Origin: Nitrospiria bacterium
GTDB taxonomy: Bacteria; Nitrospirota; RBG-16-64-22
Reading direction: 5' to 3'
Length of the DNA: 64,000 nt
Assembly (NCBI GenBank): GCA_919903025.1
Contig: CAKKSE010000024.1
Coordinates: forward strand, 3,175-67,174
Part shown: positions 1 through 9,519 of the stretch, piece after piece
Position numbering within the stretch: position 1 is the stretch's first letter
How the letters are laid out: each line of letters starts with the position of its first letter
Notes under the pieces: model-generated
What the model was told of the DNA's origin: nothing
The model's database searches: none
Seen by the model: the letters and a program-made list of their open reading frames with translations, nothing else
Translations under genes and position numbers: made by a program

Positions 1-657
1 CAAGGGGAGGGCAACGAACACCTGATCGACGTCGTACTGCCGCACGGCTTCCTTCAGGCCGCTGACCGGCCCAAGGACGGGGAGCCCCGCCACGGCCTCT
101 CCGACCTGATGATCGTCGCTCAGGAAGCCCCTCGCCCGGAGCCCGGCCCAGGCGTTCTCGCCGATTCGCTCCGCCACGCGCCGTCCGGTCTCCCCTCCTC
201 CAACGATGAGCGCATGCCGGAGGTTGTACCCGCGCCGCCGCAGGAGGCGAAGCAACTCGCGCAGAGCGCTCCGGGAAACCCAGAGGAGAAGAACGTTCAG
301 GAACCAGAAGTACACCATGACAACGCGGGAGTACGAGTAGTCCCGCACAAAGAACGTGATGAGAATCAGGATCATGGTGGAGAAGGTCGAAGCCTTAAGG
401 AGATCCCGGAATTCGTAGATGAGCGACGCCCCGCGCCGAGGAAGGTAGAGTCCCAGCGCCTTGAACACGAGGGCCCAGACAACGACGGCGTAGGGAAGAA
501 TCCGAAGATACGGTTCGAGCGGGGGGACGCCCCTTTCGATCGGGATCAGGTCCCAGTTGAACCGGATCCAGTAAGCGAGAAGCCACGACGCGGACAAGAC
601 GAGCATGTCCGAGATGAACAGGCCCGAAAGGAGAAGCTGGCTGTGTTTCCTCAGCAT
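1..657 (-). CDS. Polyprenyl glycosylphosphotransferase (WbaP/WcaJ-like initiating sugar transferase), N-terminal part; gene runs off the window start
   Basis: The reverse complement of 1-657 translates to MLRKHSQLLLSGLFISDMLVLSASWLLAYWIRF... (several TM helices). It continues to ...SDDHQVGEAVAGLPVLGPVSGLKEAVRQYDVDQVFVALPL, the typical cytoplasmic linker of bacterial sugar transferases. ATG at 657-655 sits immediately after the TGA of the upstream gene. The listed plus ORF 109..918 is the low-complexity antisense of this hydrophobic region. Confidence 0.8.
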   Translation of the reverse strand, partial: MLRKHSQLLLSGLFISDMLVLSASWLLAYWIRFNWDLIPIERGVPPLEPYLRILPYAVVVWALVFKALGLYLPRRGASLIYEFRDLLKASTFSTMILILITFFVRDYSYSRVVMVYFWFLNVLLLWVSRSALRELLRLLRRRGYNLRHALIVGGGETGRRVAERIGENAWAGLRARGFLSDDHQVGEAVAGLPVLGPVSGLKEAVRQYDVDQVFVALPL

Positions 658-1814
658 GGCATTCCCGCGGAAAGGGTCCGGTGCGCCGTTCTTGCGAGGC
701 CGATCAACTCGGCCGCGGCGGCCGCCACCTCGCGCGTTCCCACGGCCTCCATGCATGGACGTCCCGCGCAGGCGTATTCAAACCCGAGTGTCAGGCACGG
801 AGAACACGGATGGTTTCCCTTGATCGTCCGCGACCGCGGATCGCGGGGGCCCCATCGGACCGGATCCGTCGGCCCGTGGATCGCCACGACGGGCGTCCCG
901 ACCGCTTCGGCCAAGTGAACGATTCCTGTGTTTCCGCAGACGACCACGCCGGCCTCCGCGACCAGGGCGGCGAGATCGAGAAGGGAGAGCTCTCCCGCCG
1001 CGACCCACGAAGGCGCCCGGCACAGAGCGGCCGTTTCCTCGGCCAGCGCTCGCTCGCCCGCCGATCCCGTGAGGACAACCGCACACGATCCCGTGTCAGC
1101 CAAGGCGTCGATCACCGCCGCGTACCGCGCGGCCGGCCACTCCCTCTGCCATCCGTGCGCCCCGCAGCCCGGATGGATCACGACGATCGTGGCCCCCGGA
1201 CGCAGGCCAGCGGCCGCAATCCGCGCGCCGATCACCGCCCGCCGATCGAGTGGAATCGACACACGCGGAGGCCCGGCCGCCGGTTGCAGGCCGAGCGGCG
1301 CGAGAAGCCGGCCGAACATCTCTCCCTCGTGAATTCTCCCATCGTGGCTGACGGGATCGGTATACAGCCTCCCCCGCGCGAACCCCGCCGTCGCGAACCC
1401 GATCCGCCGAGGCACACCGGCCCAGGCCAGGAGAAGGGTCGTCACGTGGGTCCACTGTTCGAAGTCAACGGCCGCGTCGGCCCTCTCCCTCCGGATTTCC
1501 GACACCGCCTTCAAGGTGGCGGTTGGAGACCACTCGACGATCCGGTCCACACCCCCCCAGAGATCGAAGACGTCGCGGTTCACGCTCGACGCCAAGGCAA
1601 TCATCCGGGCCTCCGGAAAGGCTTCGCGCACGAGGCGGAGATGCGGGAGGAGGAGGATCGTATCTCCCATCGCCGCGAGCTTCGAGACTACGATCGTCCT
1701 GGGAGGACCCTCTCTCGGATCTCTCGGGCGCGGACGCGGCGTCAGCCGGCACAACAGCCCCCCCATGAGGGCGTCGACCCGCTTGAACCCCTTTCGTCCC
1801 CGAAGACCTCTCAT
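651..1814 (-). CDS. GT9-family glycosyltransferase (ADP-heptose:LPS heptosyltransferase-like) #1
   Basis: ORF 651..1952 trimmed to the ATG at 1814, which overlaps the TGA of the upstream gene (ATGA). GT9 hallmarks: N-terminal KLAAMGDTILLLP; C-terminal GVVVCGNTGIVHLAEAVGTPVVAIHGPTDP. C-terminal CSPC...C...C motif. Confidence 0.8.
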   Translation of the reverse strand: MRGLRGRKGFKRVDALMGGLLCRLTPRPRPRDPREGPPRTIVVSKLAAMGDTILLLPHLRLVREAFPEARMIALASSVNRDVFDLWGGVDRIVEWSPTATLKAVSEIRRERADAAVDFEQWTHVTTLLLAWAGVPRRIGFATAGFARGRLYTDPVSHDGRIHEGEMFGRLLAPLGLQPAAGPPRVSIPLDRRAVIGARIAAAGLRPGATIVVIHPGCGAHGWQREWPAARYAAVIDALADTGSCAVVLTGSAGERALAEETAALCRAPSWVAAGELSLLDLAALVAEAGVVVCGNTGIVHLAEAVGTPVVAIHGPTDPVRWGPRDPRSRTIKGNHPCSPCLTLGFEYACAGRPCMEAVGTREVAAAAAELIGLARTAHRTLSAGMPC

Positions 1815-2899
1815 GTGGTCTTCCCTGAAATAACCGACGGCCGGCTCATGACCTGCGCGACCTCTTCCATCACCTGGTCGGGGGTCACGAGGGCCAGACA
1901 GCGTTGATGAGAGCAGGCCGGGAACCGGCCGCGGTCGTAGCACGGGGAGCACGCCTCTCCTCGGTAGACGAGGCGCGATCTGCCGCCGGGCGGAAACTTG
2001 ATCCGGGGATCCGTTGGACCGAAAAGCGCGACAAGCGGGGCCCCGACGGCCGCGGCGAGGTGCAACAGGCCCGAATCGTGTGTAACCACAGCCGCCGCCT
2101 TTTTCATCACGCCGGCCGACTCGCCAAGACGAAGGCGGCCGGTCAGGTCCAGGACGCGCCCGTCCATGCCGGCGATCCGCCGCGCGATCGGCGCGTCGCC
2201 CGTCCCCCCGAGAATGACCACTCTCTCCCCTTCAGCTAAAAGACGCCGCGCCAGCTCCGCGTAGTGCGAGACGGGCCAGCGCCGCGTCGGCATCTCCTCG
2301 CCCGGGTTCGACGCGCCCCCGGGACAGAGGACGACCGGGCGCTCGGCGCCATTTTCCTCCAGGATCCGTTCCGCCGAGAGAGAATCCGCGTCCGGGACGA
2401 AGAACTCCATCTCCTCCCCCGCGTCCGGGATCCCAAGAACCGACAGAACGTTGAGATAGCGGCGAATCTCGTGGCCGCTTGTCTCGGGCCCCTCGTACGC
2501 CTGGCGCGTCAGGAACGGCCCCCGGCCCTTCCACCCGATGCCGGCCCGCACCGGAACGCCGCACGCCGCGATCATCGCGTTGACCCGGACGGCCCGGTGG
2601 AGAATGACCGCGGCGTCGTACCGGCGGCTGCGAAGCCGGCGGACGAACCGCCAGATCCCGCCGATTCCCTGGGACCTCAACTCTGCGTCATCGAAGACGA
2701 CCGCTTCGTCGATGTTCGGGTTGCCCGCCACAGCCGCGGCCGACCATTGTCCGACGACCAAGTCGATCCGGCATCCGGGCAAGGCGCGGCGCAAGGCCCG
2801 GAAGACGGGCGTCGCGTTGAGCACGTCTCCCATGGCGAACATCTTGACCACGAGCACACGCCTCCACGAGGCGGGATCAATGGCGCTCATTGTAGACAT
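1811..2899 (-). CDS. GT9-family glycosyltransferase (heptosyltransferase-like) #2
   Basis: ORF 1811..3334 trimmed to MSTMSAIDPASWRRVLVVKMFAMGDVLNATP (ATG at 2899). AVVTHDSGLLHLAAAVGAPLVALFGPTDP; C-terminal CSPCYDRGRFPACSHQRC. Confidence 0.8.
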   Translation of the reverse strand: MSTMSAIDPASWRRVLVVKMFAMGDVLNATPVFRALRRALPGCRIDLVVGQWSAAAVAGNPNIDEAVVFDDAELRSQGIGGIWRFVRRLRSRRYDAAVILHRAVRVNAMIAACGVPVRAGIGWKGRGPFLTRQAYEGPETSGHEIRRYLNVLSVLGIPDAGEEMEFFVPDADSLSAERILEENGAERPVVLCPGGASNPGEEMPTRRWPVSHYAELARRLLAEGERVVILGGTGDAPIARRIAGMDGRVLDLTGRLRLGESAGVMKKAAAVVTHDSGLLHLAAAVGAPLVALFGPTDPRIKFPPGGRSRLVYRGEACSPCYDRGRFPACSHQRCLALVTPDQVMEEVAQVMSRPSVISGKTT

Positions 2900-4013
2900 C
2901 CCGGTAGAGTGCGAGAGTCTCCCGCGCCGCCCGGTCCCACGAAAACGTCCGGCTCCGGAGAATTCCTTCCCGGCGAAGCGTCGACTGGAGCGATGGATCG
3001 GACACGACGGCGAGGATACCGCTCGCGATAGATTCCTCGTCGTACGGATCGACGAGGACGGCCGCCCGGCCGGCGACCTCCGGCATGGAGGAGATGTTCG
3101 ACGTGACCACCGGCGTCCCGCACGCCATCGCCTCCAGAACCGGAAGGCCGAACCCTTCGTAGATCGAAGGGAAAACAAAGCAGGACGCCCCCGCGTAGAT
3201 GGCCGCCATTTCGTCCCTCGGCACGTACCCCAGGAACCGGATGGCGTTCGCCGAGACGGCGTTCGCCGTCCTGAAGATCTCGTCGTACAGCCACCCCTTC
3301 TTTCCCGCGATGACGAGGGAGAGGTCTGCACCACCCGGCATCCGCTTGACCCGGTCGAACGCCCGGATCACGCGGGGCAGATTTTTCTTGGGCTCCAGGT
3401 TGCCGACGTGTAGAAGGTACCGGCCGTTAATATTATACCGATTCAGCACGGATTCAACCCGTTCCGGCCCGGGCGGCCCGAATTCCGGACCGGCCGCCTC
3501 GGGAATCACCACGATCCGGGAAGAGTCCACGCCGAGGATGTTCATCAGGTCCAACCGGGTGCATTCCGAAACGGCAATGATCCGGTCGGCGCGCCTGACG
3601 GCCATCCGGACGAGCCATTTCATATAGAGAGAGTACCGCCGGGGAACGGTTTCCGGATGGAGAAAGACCACCAGGTCGTGTACCGTCACCACCGTCCGGA
3701 ACGTCGGGGAACGGAACGGGATCAGGAAGGCCGGCCCGTGGAAGATGTCCGCCCCGGCCTTCCTCAAGCGATAGGGAAGGACCGCGTGTTCCCAGAAATC
3801 GCCGAAAAGGTGGTTCTCGTGAGAAAAGGGCGTCCGGATAAGGTCCACGCTCTTGCCGGGGAGAAGCTGGCCCCGGCATTGGGCCTGGTTGCAGACGTAC
3901 GAATAGCGGTTCTCCTTGTCGATCTCGCGCAGAGAACCAAGGAGGTTCGAGACGTAGAATCCCACGCCCGAGTGCGTCGGGTTGATCGTCCGGACGTCAA
4001 TCGCGATGTGCAT
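2877..4013 (-). CDS. GT4-family glycosyltransferase (mannosyltransferase-like)
   Basis: MHIAIDVRT...; C-terminal FVFPSIYEGFGLPVLEAMACGTPVVTSN (E-X7-E-like GT4 signature). ATG at 4013; a TTG at 4025 is the alternative start. Confidence 0.8.
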   Translation of the reverse strand: MHIAIDVRTINPTHSGVGFYVSNLLGSLREIDKENRYSYVCNQAQCRGQLLPGKSVDLIRTPFSHENHLFGDFWEHAVLPYRLRKAGADIFHGPAFLIPFRSPTFRTVVTVHDLVVFLHPETVPRRYSLYMKWLVRMAVRRADRIIAVSECTRLDLMNILGVDSSRIVVIPEAAGPEFGPPGPERVESVLNRYNINGRYLLHVGNLEPKKNLPRVIRAFDRVKRMPGGADLSLVIAGKKGWLYDEIFRTANAVSANAIRFLGYVPRDEMAAIYAGASCFVFPSIYEGFGLPVLEAMACGTPVVTSNISSMPEVAGRAAVLVDPYDEESIASGILAVVSDPSLQSTLRREGILRSRTFSWDRAARETLALYRDVYNERH

Positions 4014-5149
4014 GGTCCCGTCCAAGGCACTCGCCCAGAAATGCGGCCGTCTGGGCGGCCCACACCGGCCAGGCGTAACTCTTCTCGGCCCGCTCCCGCC
4101 CTCGCGCGCTCATTCTTGCCCGCCTTGATGGGTCCGCCAGGAGATCGGCGACTGTCCGCGCGAGCGCGCGGACATCCCCCTCCGGGAACACGGCCCCGGC
4201 GTCACCCAGAACCTCCGGAATGGCTCCCGAAGAGGACCCCAAGACCGGAACACCCGAGGCCATCGCCTCGACAAGCACCCGGCCGAACTGCTCTTTCCAG
4301 GTCGGCGTTGTGCGAGAGGGGAGCACGAGGAGATCCATTCCTCGATATGCCTCGGGAATCGACTTCTTCGGAATGTTTCGGATCCATTCCACCCGCCCTC
4401 TCGACAGCCTCCACCCCGCCGCCTCGCCTGCCAGGGGACCGTCTCCCACGATCCGTAAGACGACGGGAAATCGCAGTTCCTCGACTGCCCGTCGGAGATC
4501 CTCGATCCCCTTCTCGCGGACCAGCCGGCCGACATAGCCGATCACGGGCGGATCCGGCAGCTTCTCCCGCGCGGGAACAAACGCGAACCGCCCGACGTCC
4601 GATCCCCAGGGAATATGAGCAATCGGTCCGGCAAACCCGCGGCCGCGCAGAACGCCGACGGCCTCATGGTTCCGCGCCGCCGCGCCCGCGGCGAATGAGA
4701 ATACCTCCCGCTCCAGCCGGGTGTCCAGCCGGTAGAGCCAATGCCACGGCTGAGGATAGCAGGCATCCGACATCGGGACGTTCTGCCATGTATGGAACAC
4801 CAATCGCGGGCGGGGCCTGAGGCGGCGCGCCATGCGATCGACCTGTGTCGTCAGCCAGAAGTTTTCGTCCGTAAGAACGTGGATGACGTCCGGAACCGGA
4901 TCCAACGCCTCCTTCAGCCTCGAAAGAAACACGACCCTGTTCGGCGACTTCCCCGCGAGACGGCCGACGACAGTTCGATAACCTTCATCCACGTCTCTCG
5001 CCCCGGCCCGGCGAACCCAGCTCCCTTCTCGAAAAGCATGCGGGCGGAGAAGCGTCAGATCCACGCCGGAAACGGCCGCCAAGGCCCGCGCTTTCCCACG
5101 CTCGTCTTCCGAAACCGAATTGAGATCTATGAGGAGAATCTTCAGGATG
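3997..5149 (-). CDS. GT4-family glycosyltransferase; start codon uncertain
   Basis: ILKILLIDLNSVSEDERGKARALAAVSGVD... LVLPSRTTPTWKEQFGRVLVEAMASGVPVLGSSSGAIPEV. The conserved N-terminus begins right after the flippase TGA (5142-5144). No ATG/GTG/TTG is available there, only ATC/CTG/ATT, unless a roughly 225-nt overlap is accepted. Confidence 0.65.
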
Positions 5150-6545
5150 TCTCTCGGATCCGGCCGAGACGGGCGATGAGATTCTTCCGGGAGTAGTGCA
5201 CGACGGCCGCGGCGAATGGAATGCTCGCCGCGAGAGCCCCCCAGAGAGTCCACCCGATGATAGATACTACAATCACACCGGGAATAAAGGCAGCCGGACC
5301 CATCCACCAGTCTGCCGGCATCGAGCGCCCTGCTTCGGCTCGGATGAAGACCGAGAACACCAACCACCGAACCACCTCGGCCGCAACGAGCACCAACGCG
5401 AGATCGACGGGGGAACGGACCAGCAGGATCCCTCCGACGACGACTCCCGCTCCTGCCGCCTGGGCGAGGACGGCGTTCCCCTGCCGCCCCACGGCCCCCA
5501 GCGCCTGCGACGCCGTGTGATTGAGGAAGAACGCCGGAGATCCCAAAGCAAGGGTCATGAGCACGGGGCCAGCGCCCCGGTAGCCCGCCCCAAACAGAAG
5601 ACCGACCAAGGGGTCCGACAGAACGGCCAGGACAAACCCCGCCCAGATTCCGACCAGCAGAAGGAGACCGTTCCCTTGATGGAACCAGCGCCAGGTCTCA
5701 GACGGCGACGGCCCAACCTTCGCCGCCATGTGCGGGAACGCAACCGAACCGACTGCCCCCGGGATCACGCCCAAGGCGAGAAAGAGCTTCGAGGCCGCTT
5801 GAAATTCCCCGGCGGCCGACAGACCCATCCCGAGGGAAACAGCGACGGTAGGGAGGTTCAACGGAACGGCGCCAAGAACGTTTCCGGCCGCGAAGGGAAT
5901 CCCCTCTCGCAGGACTTGCCCCAAAGCACCCCCTGGCCCAACCGCCGCCCCGGCATGGGTATGCCGGCGGACGCGCATGCCCATCCAACCGGCGTACAGG
6001 AGTCCGACGGCAATCGAGCCGTATAGAAGAACGGGAACGGACGTAACCCCGGCCGCAAGGAAGGCGGCAAGAACCGCAAGGTTCACAGCCCGATACGCGA
6101 CGAGGAAAGCCGACCTCTCCCCGAAGCGCTGAATACCGGCTAGAACCGCCGCGTATGTCTCGCCGATCGAGAAGAGGCCCAGACTCCCGACCGCCAAGGC
6201 CGACGCGATCGGCAGGTCGGGATGGTCGGCCCAGATCGAAATTGTTCCGCCGACGATCCCCGCACACGCAACGATCAGAATCCCTTTCAGTAGGACAACC
6301 TTCGAGAGCCACAGGCGGACCATCGAGGGGTCTTGAGCGGAGCGGCGCGTCACGACCGGTCCAAGCCCCATTTCCAGCACGTATTCGAGCAACCCCGCGG
6401 TTGAAAGAGCCGTTGCGTACAGCCCGAACCCTTCCGACCCAAGCCCCCTCGCCAGGACCAGAACGAGGACGAAGTTCACCACCCGTTCCGCCGCAAGAGC
6501 CGTCCCGATCGCCTGCACTTGTAAGAGAAACCTAGAGAGGCTCAC
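5142..6545 (-). CDS. Wzx-like polysaccharide flippase (MOP/MATE-like exporter superfamily)
   Basis: 467 aa, roughly 12-14 predicted TM helices, polysaccharide-biosynthesis-protein-like N-terminus (VVNFVLVLVLARGLGSEGFGLYATALS). Positioned between glycosyltransferase genes. Confidence 0.75.
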   Translation of the reverse strand: MSLSRFLLQVQAIGTALAAERVVNFVLVLVLARGLGSEGFGLYATALSTAGLLEYVLEMGLGPVVTRRSAQDPSMVRLWLSKVVLLKGILIVACAGIVGGTISIWADHPDLPIASALAVGSLGLFSIGETYAAVLAGIQRFGERSAFLVAYRAVNLAVLAAFLAAGVTSVPVLLYGSIAVGLLYAGWMGMRVRRHTHAGAAVGPGGALGQVLREGIPFAAGNVLGAVPLNLPTVAVSLGMGLSAAGEFQAASKLFLALGVIPGAVGSVAFPHMAAKVGPSPSETWRWFHQGNGLLLLVGIWAGFVLAVLSDPLVGLLFGAGYRGAGPVLMTLALGSPAFFLNHTASQALGAVGRQGNAVLAQAAGAGVVVGGILLVRSPVDLALVLVAAEVVRWLVFSVFIRAEAGRSMPADWWMGPAAFIPGVIVVSIIGWTLWGALAASIPFAAAVVHYSRKNLIARLGRIRETS

Positions 6546-7728
6546 CCGCGGCTTCCTCGTAAACCCGAACCGTCATCTCCGCCGCACGCCGCCAGTCGAA
6601 AAAGGCAATTCGTTCCTTTCCTCTCGCCAACAGGAGTCCCCTCAGACCCACTTCAGACGCCAATCGTCCCAGCGCGTCCACAATCGGCCCCTCTTCCGGC
6701 TCGACGAGAAGCGCCGCGTCCCCCGCGACCTCCGGAATCGCCCCTCGATTGGACGCCACCACTGGCGCTCCAGCGGCCATCGCCTCGAGAACGGGGAGCC
6801 CGAATCCTTCGAAGAGCGATGGTTCCACAAGAGCCCACGCCCCCGCATAGAGGGCCGAAAGGTCGGCATCCGGCACGTACCCGAGGAACCGGACATTCTT
6901 CTCCACACCCGCAGCCCGGACGGCCCCCGCCAGCGAAGGGAACTCGGGCTCCTTCTCTATCCGCCCGGCGAAAACGAGGTCGAGGTCTAGCCCGCCGGCT
7001 CGCGCGCGCCTGAGGACCTCCGGAAGGAGATTGACGTTCTTCCGCCGGTCGATCCCGCCGACGTGCAGAAGATAGGAACGCATCAGCCCGTTCGTGGCCT
7101 TCAACCTCTCGACATCGAATCGCGCGGGCTCGTCGAACCGATCCACGCCGTTCGGGATGACGGTGATCTTTGCCGGTGAGACGCCCAGCGTCCCCACCAG
7201 ATCCTTCTTCGTCGCTTCCGAGACGGCAATGATCCTGTCTGCCTTCTCGAGAACGCGCACGTTCAGCGCCGTGCCGAAACGCGACCGCAGGTTGCGGATC
7301 GGGTTCCAGCCGGCGTATTCCTTCCGGAAGACGACGGGTATGATGTCGTGCGCCGTGACGACAAGCCGGGTCCCGCCGAGCCGGCCGAGGGGGGCGTCCG
7401 TGTGGGAAAGGAAGTGTGCGACCCGAACGTCCAGAACCCTGACGGCGGATGACAGTCCGGCCAAGCGGAAGGCCGTCTCCCGGCCCGCGGGAACCCTCTC
7501 AATCCAGCGCGGCCACAGGAGGAATTCGACTGGGACCGATTCGCCGTCCAGATCGGGCTCCGGGCCAGGAGACGCGAAGAACTTGATCCGGCCCTTCGGA
7601 ACGATATCCGCGAGAGCCCGAACGAGGCCGCGGGCGTGACGCCCGATCCCGCGTTCAAGATGCGCCTTGTAGCCGGCCTGCAGAGGCCGCAGATCGACGG
7701 CGACAAGCGGTCCCTTTGAGCCCCTCAT
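6532..7728 (-). CDS. GT4-family glycosyltransferase
   Basis: LVEPSLFEGFGLPVLEAMAAGAPVVASNRGAIPEVAGDAALLVEP; ATGA overlap with the downstream gene at 7725-7728. Confidence 0.85.
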   Translation of the reverse strand: MRGSKGPLVAVDLRPLQAGYKAHLERGIGRHARGLVRALADIVPKGRIKFFASPGPEPDLDGESVPVEFLLWPRWIERVPAGRETAFRLAGLSSAVRVLDVRVAHFLSHTDAPLGRLGGTRLVVTAHDIIPVVFRKEYAGWNPIRNLRSRFGTALNVRVLEKADRIIAVSEATKKDLVGTLGVSPAKITVIPNGVDRFDEPARFDVERLKATNGLMRSYLLHVGGIDRRKNVNLLPEVLRRARAGGLDLDLVFAGRIEKEPEFPSLAGAVRAAGVEKNVRFLGYVPDADLSALYAGAWALVEPSLFEGFGLPVLEAMAAGAPVVASNRGAIPEVAGDAALLVEPEEGPIVDALGRLASEVGLRGLLLARGKERIAFFDWRRAAEMTVRVYEEAAGEPL

Positions 7729-8765
7729 CCGATCGGTCTGCCCCCTTCCGCCGTCTCCCCGGCGGAACCGCCTCCGTCGAAGCCGGCGATCTCCTTGACC
7801 ACATAGATCGCCTTCTTCTGAGACTCGTGGTAGGTTCTCGAGATCATCTCGGCCAGGAGACCGATCGTCACGAACTGAAATCCCGTCGTCACAAGGAGAA
7901 CGGCAAAGAGCAGGAGCGGGCGATTCGCAATCGATTCCAGGAACACCAGCCGCATGATCGAGAGATAGATCCCCGTTCCGGCTCCGATCCCGAGCGAAAT
8001 CAGGCCGATCAGGCCGAAGATCTGGATCGGCCGCGTCGCATACGAAAGCAGGAACTTGACCGTTAGAAGGTCAAGGATGACCCGGACAGTCCGGGACAGG
8101 CCGTACTTCGATCGGCCGGCCGTCCTGGGACGGTGGTTGACGGGAAGCTCAGCCACGGATACACCGATCCACGAAGCGATCGCGGGAATGAACCGATGCA
8201 TTTCGCCGTACAACCGGATCTGCCGGATCACATCGCCCCGAAAGATCTTGAGAGAACAGCCGTAGTCGTGCAGGCGGACTCCCGTGATGAGAGAGATCAA
8301 GCCGTTCGCAATCCGGGATGGAATACGCCGCGTGAGCCATGGATCTTTCCGATGGACTCTCCAGCCGCTTACGATGTCGTAGCCTTCCTGTAGTTTGTCG
8401 AGAAGCCTGGGAATATCAGCCGGATCGTTCTGCCGGTCGCCGTCCATCGTCACGATCAGATCGCCCCGGGCATAATCGAACCCTGCCGACAATGCAGCCG
8501 TCTGGCCAAAGTTCTTCCGGAGGCGGACAACAACCAGCGCCGGATCGGATCGCGTGCGTTCCTTGAGCCGGTCGGCGGTTCCGTCCGTAGATCCGTCATC
8601 GACAAACACGGCCTCGTATCTCAAGCCGGTACGCCGAAGGACGTCGTGGATCTCGTCCAGGAGACGTTCTACGTTCTCAGCCTCATTGAAGACCGGAACA
8701 ATTACCGAGAGGTTCGGCCGATCGGGTGGTCCCGGTGTCTGAATCGTCGACTCCCAAGCACTCAC
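7725..8765 (-). CDS. GT2 polyprenyl-phosphate glycosyltransferase (GtrB/ArnC/DPM1-like) with C-terminal TM helices
   Basis: LSVIVPVFNEAENV, VFVDDGSTDGT, DGDRQNDP (DXD region). C-terminal hydrophobic segments (IQIFGLIGLISLGIGAGTGIYL, LLLFAVLLVTTGFQFVTIGLL) typical of Und-P-sugar synthases. Confidence 0.85.
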   Translation of the reverse strand: MSAWESTIQTPGPPDRPNLSVIVPVFNEAENVERLLDEIHDVLRRTGLRYEAVFVDDGSTDGTADRLKERTRSDPALVVVRLRKNFGQTAALSAGFDYARGDLIVTMDGDRQNDPADIPRLLDKLQEGYDIVSGWRVHRKDPWLTRRIPSRIANGLISLITGVRLHDYGCSLKIFRGDVIRQIRLYGEMHRFIPAIASWIGVSVAELPVNHRPRTAGRSKYGLSRTVRVILDLLTVKFLLSYATRPIQIFGLIGLISLGIGAGTGIYLSIMRLVFLESIANRPLLLFAVLLVTTGFQFVTIGLLAEMISRTYHESQKKAIYVVKEIAGFDGGGSAGETAEGGRPIG

Positions 8766-8774
8766 GGTCTTCTC

Positions 8775-9466
8775 CTATTTCTTACAGCTCGCCACGCAAT
8801 AGAGGCTGAGGTCCAACGGCACAAACGCTGGAAACCAGCGGATTGAGACTTCCGCAAACGAGCGCCGTAGCGCCGCAAGAATGTCCGTGTGGCTCGACGG
8901 ATGTCGTTCGTCAACCGTGGTCGAGAGATTCATTCCAAGCATTCCTATGGCGGCGGTCGTGAGAATGTTCTTCACCGGGAAACCGATGACGGCGCGGCCG
9001 CTGCTTTTCAGCACCCGGCTGACTTCTCCGGCCGCGCTCCCAACTTCCTTGATGTGCTCCAGAACGCTCACGCTCACGAGAGTGTCAAACGAACCCGTGA
9101 CAAAAGGAATCTCAAGGGCCGATCCCTGAACCAGGAACGCAGACACCCCCGACGATTCCAGAAGCCGTCGAACGTCTTGGACTTTCTCGTGCACGTCAAC
9201 CCCGTAGACCGAGTCTGCAAGCCGGCTCACTGAAGGCAGCAATACCCCGCTTCCGAATCCCACATCCAGCAGGCGCCCGACGCGCGACGACATCAGTTCC
9301 GCTACCACCATCTCAAAGCGCTTCACGTAGAAATATCGCACCCCCGGGATGTAATAGAATTTCAGCGGATCGGCCTCGTCCGTCTCGACAAGGAATTTCC
9401 GCTCCGGAATCTCGACAGTCGTCGATTTCAACTTTGACTCCCTGGCGGCTCCCCGAAGGAACCACA
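8775..9466 (-). CDS. Class I SAM-dependent methyltransferase
   Basis: ORF 8775..9686 trimmed to MWFLRGAAR... (ATG 9466, preceded by GGGAGAGGG). Motif I LLDVGFGSGVL; LVSVSVLEHI. Confidence 0.7.
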
Positions 9467-9519
9467 TCCCTCTCCCGCCGCCGGATACCAACGGCAAGGA
9501 CCCCCCATTTCGCCGGTTC

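Noticed and set aside
109-918. 269-aa plus-strand ORF (Pro/Glu/Arg-rich, low complexity)
   Set aside because: It is the antisense of the hydrophobic N-terminal TM region of the phosphoglycosyl transferase on the minus strand. It is a high-GC artefact with no SD and no domain features.
651-1952. Long N-terminal extension of the GT9 #1 ORF (433 aa)
   Set aside because: The extension overlaps the upstream GT9 by about 140 nt and is Arg/Pro-rich. An ATG at 1814 forms an ATGA overlap with the upstream stop and matches the GT9 N-terminal consensus position.
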